Assembly: GCA_964489445.1 (NCBI GenBank)
Contig: CAZAYU010000002.1
Coordinates: 355,900-419,899, forward strand
DNA from: an uncultured Planctomycetia bacterium
GTDB lineage: Bacteria; Omnitrophota; Gorgyraeia; Duberdicusellales; 4484-171
Direction of reading: 5' to 3'
DNA length: 64,000 bases
Positions within the stretch are counted from its first letter, which is position 1; each line of letters opens with the position of its first letter. Of this stretch, positions 58,874 through 64,000 are shown in pieces. The notes under the pieces are model-generated. The model ran no database searches. It was given only the letters and a program-made list of their open reading frames with translations, and was not told the origin of the DNA. Both the position numbers and the translations under genes were made by a program.

Positions 58874-60052
58874 ATGAAGTTAGCATTTATAACTAATGCC
58901 CGTTTGCCTGGAAGAATACCTACTTCATTTACGATTGTGCAAATATGCGAGGCTTTTAAAGAAAGTGGTGATGATGTAGAGTTGATTTGTCCTGTTGTTT
59001 TAGGAGAGGACAAAAATATAAAAGTAGATATTTGGCATTTTTATGGACTTCAGACATACTTCAAGATAAAAAGGATTTTCTTATTAGATCTAGCTACTGT
59101 TGATCGAATACGTAATTTTTTTGGCAGATATATTGCCAATATTTTGCAAGCTATAGTGTATTCTTATTCCCTTAAGCTTTATTTATTGTTTTCTGATATC
59201 GATGTGTTTTATTGCATGCACCCAATAACCATGTTTTCTTTAGCTTTTGTAGGATGGCATAAAAAACGAAAAATTTATTATGAGTCGCATGAATTCCCTG
59301 TGGGGAAGATATTTAGATCGATACATAGATGGTCGTTGAACATGGCAAAAGGTATAATAGTCATCAATGTTGAATTAAAGCGATTATATGTAAGGTTGGG
59401 TATTCCCGAAAATAAAATAATTGTTATTCCTAATGGCGTTAAACAAAAACGACTTAAAATTATAAATAAGATGTCTCAATGCGAAGCGCGAACAAAATTG
59501 AACTTACCATTAAACAGAAAAATAATTGTGTATACCGGTAATCTTTATGGATGGAAAGGAGTTGAAACTTTGGTCGATAGTATTCGATATTTACCAGATT
59601 GCTTGTTGTGTATTGTGGGGGGGGAAGAAAAAGATATAATGAGATTTAGAAATAATGCCGAAAATGGGAATAATAATATTGTATTCGCCGGGTATGCTAT
59701 TCCAGCTGATGTTCAGTTCTATTGTTTAGCGGCGGATGTTTTAGTTTTACCAAATACAGCTAAGGATGAAAAATCAAAATATTATACTTCCCCTAATAAA
59801 ATGTTTGAGTATATGGCCTCTAAACGACCAATTGTTGCGTCAAGATTACCGTCTTTGATGGAGGTCCTTAGTGATGGCGACAATTCTGTACTTGTGGATC
59901 CTGACAGCCCGGAAGCTTTAGCTTTAGGTATAGATAGTGTATTAAAAAATAAGAGATTGTCCGATAAAATAAGTAGTAAAGCATACAAAGATGTTGAAAA
60001 ATATACATGGACGGCTAGGGTGGGAAAAATTAAGGAGTTTATGAAGGCCTAA
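58874..60052 (+). CDS. Glycosyltransferase family GT4
   Basis: C-terminal 'YYTSPNKMFEYMASKRPIVASRLPSLMEVL' (E-x7-E-like). Confidence 0.75.
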   Translation: MKLAFITNARLPGRIPTSFTIVQICEAFKESGDDVELICPVVLGEDKNIKVDIWHFYGLQTYFKIKRIFLLDLATVDRIRNFFGRYIANILQAIVYSYSLKLYLLFSDIDVFYCMHPITMFSLAFVGWHKKRKIYYESHEFPVGKIFRSIHRWSLNMAKGIIVINVELKRLYVRLGIPENKIIVIPNGVKQKRLKIINKMSQCEARTKLNLPLNRKIIVYTGNLYGWKGVETLVDSIRYLPDCLLCIVGGEEKDIMRFRNNAENGNNNIVFAGYAIPADVQFYCLAADVLVLPNTAKDEKSKYYTSPNKMFEYMASKRPIVASRLPSLMEVLSDGDNSVLVDPDSPEALALGIDSVLKNKRLSDKISSKAYKDVEKYTWTARVGKIKEFMKA

Positions 60053-61428
60053 TGGATGATAAACAGTATAAAAAGATTATTATCAGAATAAAAGATTTAG
60101 CCAAGATTAAATTTATCAATGATACTTTAGTGCTGCAGTTGGGAGCAGTTGTAAATATAGTTTTAGGTTTTGCCGCTACCATTGCAATTGTAAGAACATT
60201 GCATATACAAGATTATGGAGTATACGCACTTATTCTTTCTGTTTACGGATGTATAAATTTTTTCGGCAATTTTAGTATAGATAAAGTTACAGTTATAAAA
60301 TTAGCAGAAGCTCGCCTTAAAAAAGATCAGCAGCAAATAAATAATATTTTAGCTGCGTATACAAAATTGGCTTTTATTTTGAGTGTATCTGTTTGTGTTA
60401 TAGGATTCATCTTTTCTCCTTACCTGGCACAGGTTTTATATGGTAGAAAAGATATTGGAGATTTAGCAAGAGTTATTTTTTTGGCTGCTCCTTTTGGTGT
60501 ATTTTATGAATTAATATGTGTTATTTTCCATGGTTTTAGGATGATAAAACACCTTGCAATAGTAGAGAGTATATTCAGAGCGTGTAAAACGCTTTTCATC
60601 TTAATTGTGTTAATTTTAGGATTTGGTCTTTTTGGGATAATAACAGCATTGGCGATAAATAGCTTAATATGTTCTGTGATAGCTATTTTAATATACAAGA
60701 AACTGCAGCTGAAAGAAGAGAAAATGCCACATTTAGGAAAAATCTTAAGAATGGTGCGGGGTGCTTCTGTTGTTAAGTATTTAAAATTTAGCCTATGGAT
60801 GACTTTAGATAAGAGTTTATTCAATTTATATGATATTTTACCTATTATAATTTTAGGCAGGTTTGTTAACTATGCTGAGGTTGGTTATTTTAAAATTGCC
60901 AAGGATTTAATTGCTTATTTTGTTTATCTGTTTTGGCCGATATATCGCGGTTTACTTGTTAAATTTCCATCGGTGCTAGCACAAAAAGGAAAACTTTATG
61001 CATATAATTTTTTTGTTAAAGTTTCTTTATTCTCTGGCATGGTGGCGTCCGGGATTGCATTTGTTTTGTTGTTTGCTGTTCCTTTTATCATTACTTATTC
61101 TTACGGAAATGAATATGCGCCGGCAAATGGCGTAGTCACTGTTTTATTATTTTATCTTATTTTTTCAGGATTTAATGTAGCAATTCCGGCATTGTATGAG
61201 ATATTGCGACAGGTAAAATTACTAGTATATATAAAACTTTTGGCTATAGTTTTTATTTTGCCTTTTGGCTTATTGTTGATAAAGGCGAAAGGGATAGTCG
61301 GAGCAGCGTTATTCTGCAATGGAATGATTTTGGTAGCATCGGTACTTGCTTTTTCTTTTGCAATTTATATATTAAGAAATGTAAAGCAGAGGAATAATTT
61401 TTATGGTTTACTTAGCAGAGACATCTAA
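60052..61428 (+). CDS. Wzx-like oligosaccharide flippase / polysaccharide biosynthesis (MOP) family protein, copy 2
   Basis: 458 aa. 12-14 TM helices. PST-family-like profile. Confidence 0.6.
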   Translation: MDDKQYKKIIIRIKDLAKIKFINDTLVLQLGAVVNIVLGFAATIAIVRTLHIQDYGVYALILSVYGCINFFGNFSIDKVTVIKLAEARLKKDQQQINNILAAYTKLAFILSVSVCVIGFIFSPYLAQVLYGRKDIGDLARVIFLAAPFGVFYELICVIFHGFRMIKHLAIVESIFRACKTLFILIVLILGFGLFGIITALAINSLICSVIAILIYKKLQLKEEKMPHLGKILRMVRGASVVKYLKFSLWMTLDKSLFNLYDILPIIILGRFVNYAEVGYFKIAKDLIAYFVYLFWPIYRGLLVKFPSVLAQKGKLYAYNFFVKVSLFSGMVASGIAFVLLFAVPFIITYSYGNEYAPANGVVTVLLFYLIFSGFNVAIPALYEILRQVKLLVYIKLLAIVFILPFGLLLIKAKGIVGAALFCNGMILVASVLAFSFAIYILRNVKQRNNFYGLLSRDI

Positions 61429-61449
61429 CAATTAATTTTTTATTAACTT

Positions 61450-62886
61450 ATGAGGTACGAAAAAGTTCTTTTAATTTGTCCGCCATCTTTAAGAGGAAAG
61501 ATCCGCTTATCTCATTTTCCTCATGTCGGATTAGGGTATATAGCCGAAGCTCTTATAAAATCTGGTGTCCACGTAAGTGTTCTTGACATGAATGCTGGTT
61601 ATAGGTTCAATGACTTGCAGTACAGGATTAGAGAGTTTAGCCCGACACTTATAGGTTTTACCGGGATGACGTTAGGGTACAATCATTTTTATAGGATGAT
61701 CAATAAAATTAAAAGTTTATATCCGCAGATAAATATTATTGTAGGGGGTGCACATTGTTCTTCTGTCAGAGAACAATTTTTACAAGAATGCCAAGGAGTT
61801 GATTATGGAATTATTTTTGAAGGAGATAAAACTATTGTGCAATTGTGTTGTGGGGAAGAATTGGAAAAAATACAGGGGTTTATCTATCGTATTAATGGGG
61901 AAGTAGTAAGTAACCAGTTTAAGAACTTTATCCGGGATCTTGATTCACTGTCTTTCCCAAGATATGAGTCCTTTGAATTGGGTAAGTATCCATCTAAAAG
62001 TATAGCCATCGTTACCTCGAGAGGTTGTCCTTATGATTGCATCTATTGTTCGGTAGGGGCATCTGCCGGAAAAGAATTTCGCGCGCGAAGCGCTGAAGAT
62101 GTAGTAAATGAAATTGAATATTGGTATAATCGTGGTTATCGCGAAATATTTATTTTAGATGACAATTTTACTTTTGTTCGGAAGAGAGTAGAAAAAATTT
62201 GCGAATTATTGCTTAAAATGGATTTTAAGGGTTTGAGCTTGAAAAACCCTGTTGGCTTAAGAGCTGATAGAGTTGACAGAGAATTATTAAAGAAGTTAAA
62301 ACATGCTGGTTTTGATTTAATTGCCTTTGGGGTGGAATCAGCCAGCAATAGGATTTTAGATAATATAAAAAAAGGAGAAACGATATTTTCCATAGAGCAA
62401 GCTGTAAAAAATGCTTGTGAGCTTGGGTTTGATGTTGACCTTTTTTTTCTTATTGGGTCTCCTGGAGAAACCATGCAAGATTTACAGAAGTCTTTTTTGC
62501 TAGCAAAGAAATATTTAATACGTCGAGCTGATTTTTACAACCTTGTTCCTTTTCCATCCACAGAGTTGCTTGATATGCTGGTAGAGAAGCGATATCTTGT
62601 TTATTCCTTGAACGAAATATTTAATGATATTTCCTATTATCAAAATAAACCTTGTTTTTATACTCCAGAAATGTCAATAATCGAGAGAAGAAAAGCCTTT
62701 AATTTGGGAAAAAAAATATCCATAGAAGTACAGAAGAGGTTCATGGAGGGTAAAATTAGGGCTCCTTTGATTTTAAAAAGAATTATAGTGGCTATTTCTA
62801 CTGCGCCGTTAATAGAGAAGGTGACAGTTAATAGTAGGTGGATGCTTAGACTAAGAAGGTTATTGAAAAGATTCTTATTTAGATAA
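61450..62886 (+). CDS. Cobalamin-binding (class B) radical SAM enzyme, paralog 7
   Basis: 'TSRGCPYDCIYCSVG' (CX3CX2C). N-terminal 'VLLICPPSLRG...GLGYIAEALIKSGV' B12-binding-like region. Confidence 0.8.
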   Translation: MRYEKVLLICPPSLRGKIRLSHFPHVGLGYIAEALIKSGVHVSVLDMNAGYRFNDLQYRIREFSPTLIGFTGMTLGYNHFYRMINKIKSLYPQINIIVGGAHCSSVREQFLQECQGVDYGIIFEGDKTIVQLCCGEELEKIQGFIYRINGEVVSNQFKNFIRDLDSLSFPRYESFELGKYPSKSIAIVTSRGCPYDCIYCSVGASAGKEFRARSAEDVVNEIEYWYNRGYREIFILDDNFTFVRKRVEKICELLLKMDFKGLSLKNPVGLRADRVDRELLKKLKHAGFDLIAFGVESASNRILDNIKKGETIFSIEQAVKNACELGFDVDLFFLIGSPGETMQDLQKSFLLAKKYLIRRADFYNLVPFPSTELLDMLVEKRYLVYSLNEIFNDISYYQNKPCFYTPEMSIIERRKAFNLGKKISIEVQKRFMEGKIRAPLILKRIIVAISTAPLIEKVTVNSRWMLRLRRLLKRFLFR

Positions 62887-62929
62887 ATTTACATAGTTTG
62901 GCAAAGGCATGATTTGAAGGTTAAATATG

Positions 62930-64000
62930 CTATTTTGGCATATTGTAAATAGTTTTACTTTTCGTGTGGTTGTTTGTTGAAATTTTATCATACCATTGAT
63001 ATATAAATTTATCGCCGGAATATATTTCGGTTTTGATTGTATAGATAAAATCACTTTTAAAACTATTAGTCGGGATTTGAACTTTGGATAGTAAATTTTT
63101 CTCTCTTTTCTTTTTAAAAAATGATCCATTCCCTGTAAGGATAATATTTTTTTCGTCATTGTATATTTTCCAGCGGAAAAAATATCTTTGATTGGTGTTA
63201 TTTAAAAATTTTTCAGGGTAAAGGCATAATTGGATAATGTCTTTTTCTATATCAGTTTGTTTCCAGTAGAACTTTTGTGTAAAAGCTTTATCGTTATATT
63301 TAACCAATATAAATTGGTTATTAGCGTCTTTTTCTAAGATATTGATAGCGCAGTTATTAAGCGCGAATCTTCCTTTTGGGTTTAAATCAAGTAACATTTC
63401 TAATAATTTCCCTCCCGTGCATTTATGGGATACTAAAAGGAGAGATCCTTTCTTTCCGGAATATTCTTGTATCATGTTTTTGGCTTTTATGAATTGTGCA
63501 AAAATTTGAGTAGCATCATTTGGTCTATATCTATATGAGCTTAATAAATTTCTAATTTTTAAATATTTTTTATCAGAAAGCTTAATTTTTTCACCTTTAG
63601 AAATCGTCATAGAGGGTAGAGTGTTGTCGTCAATAGGTAAGCATCTTTCGTCTATTTCAGGCCATATTTCTCCGACTATCTTTTGAGATCTTAGATAAGG
63701 TAGTATCGTATGTTGGGTCCTATAAGTAGGGCTTACGAAGATATGATCGAAGTGATAATTTTTAAACTTGTTAACTATATTTTTAATTTGTTTAAGTCCT
63801 TGTGGAGAAAAAGATGTCTGATTTTTTTTAGAATAGTTACCAGTTGTATTGGCCATTGTTTCGGCGTGGCGGAGTAGATAGACTTTTAATTTGTTATTAT
63901 CTTTTAGATTATTCTGGCAGCATATACTTGATGAGTAAAAACAGTTTCCAGAAATAATAAGCAGGGAGATTAATTTAAGGTTGAATATTTTTTTATTTTT
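62930..64000 (-). CDS. Exported histidine-phosphatase-superfamily (phosphoglycerate-mutase-like) protein, 5' end beyond the window
   Basis: The minus-strand frame stays open upstream of the track Met at 63856. It encodes 'KVYLLRHAET' (RHG-type catalytic motif), preceded by a signal-peptide-like stretch. A downstream 'HIFVSPTYRTQHT' matches the SPL.R..QTA block. Confidence 0.6.
   Translation of the reverse strand, partial: KNKKIFNLKLISLLIISGNCFYSSSICCQNNLKDNNKLKVYLLRHAETMANTTGNYSKKNQTSFSPQGLKQIKNIVNKFKNYHFDHIFVSPTYRTQHTILPYLRSQKIVGEIWPEIDERCLPIDDNTLPSMTISKGEKIKLSDKKYLKIRNLLSSYRYRPNDATQIFAQFIKAKNMIQEYSGKKGSLLLVSHKCTGGKLLEMLLDLNPKGRFALNNCAINILEKDANNQFILVKYNDKAFTQKFYWKQTDIEKDIIQLCLYPEKFLNNTNQRYFFRWKIYNDEKNIILTGNGSFFKKKREKNLLSKVQIPTNSFKSDFIYTIKTEIYSGDKFIYQWYDKISTNNHTKSKTIYNMPK

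Noticed and set aside
62875-63159. A 94-aa minus-strand ORF overlapping the 3' end of the histidine phosphatase gene.
   Set aside because: It overlaps a better-supported gene in another frame and has no motifs.
1-64000. CRISPR arrays, rRNA or tRNA genes, and a large mobile-element or phage region.
   Set aside because: I found no regularly spaced direct repeats. No stretch has tRNA-like GC-rich cloverleaf arms or rRNA-like conservation. The only mobile-element signal is the degraded IS3 fragment at 17779-17973.

Overview
Most of this 64-kb window is one long + strand glycoconjugate biosynthesis and tailoring locus. The sequence is very AT-rich (roughly 30% GC by eye) and looks bacterial. The host is probably diderm: there is an outer-membrane beta-barrel protein ending in Phe, a Wzx-like flippase and ArnT-like GT-C enzymes. 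Nearly every gene is on the + strand, and many junctions have overlapping stop and start codons.

What I can recognise:
- **Sugar transfer:** glycosyltransferases (4x GT4, 4x GT2 or GT2-like) and three paralogous GT-C (ArnT/PMT-like) membrane glycosyltransferases.
- **ArnC/ArnD route:** an ArnC-like polyprenyl-phosphate glycosyltransferase and an ArnD-like deformylase.
- **Sugar-nucleotide genes:** a UDP-GlcNAc 2-epimerase, a WbpB/WbpD/WbpE-like dehydrogenase/N-acetyltransferase/aminotransferase trio, and an AsnB-like amidotransferase.
- **Export and uptake:** two Wzx-like flippases and a NitT/TauT-type ABC importer.
- **Radical SAM:** seven paralogous cobalamin-binding (class B) radical SAM enzymes, plus a class I SAM methyltransferase.
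- **Carrier-protein acylation:** two acyl-carrier-protein modules. One is ACP + FkbH-like glyceryl loader + MBOAT + DltD-like + second MBOAT. The other is ACP + a HydE/PylB-like radical SAM domain fused to an adenylation (AMP-ligase) domain.
- **Sulfatase-fold enzymes:** four exported paralogs with Thr or Ser in place of the formylglycine Cys, so probably phospho-transferases or phosphodiesterases rather than sulfatases.
- **Other exported phosphoesterases:** a type-I phosphodiesterase and a histidine phosphatase.
- **SGNH-like genes and small peptides:** paralogous SGNH-like genes, each next to a small membrane peptide with a conserved C-terminus.

A degraded IS3-family transposase fragment plus a glutamine-amidotransferase gene fragment marks an insertion scar near 17.8 kb. 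I saw no rRNA, tRNA or CRISPR array.
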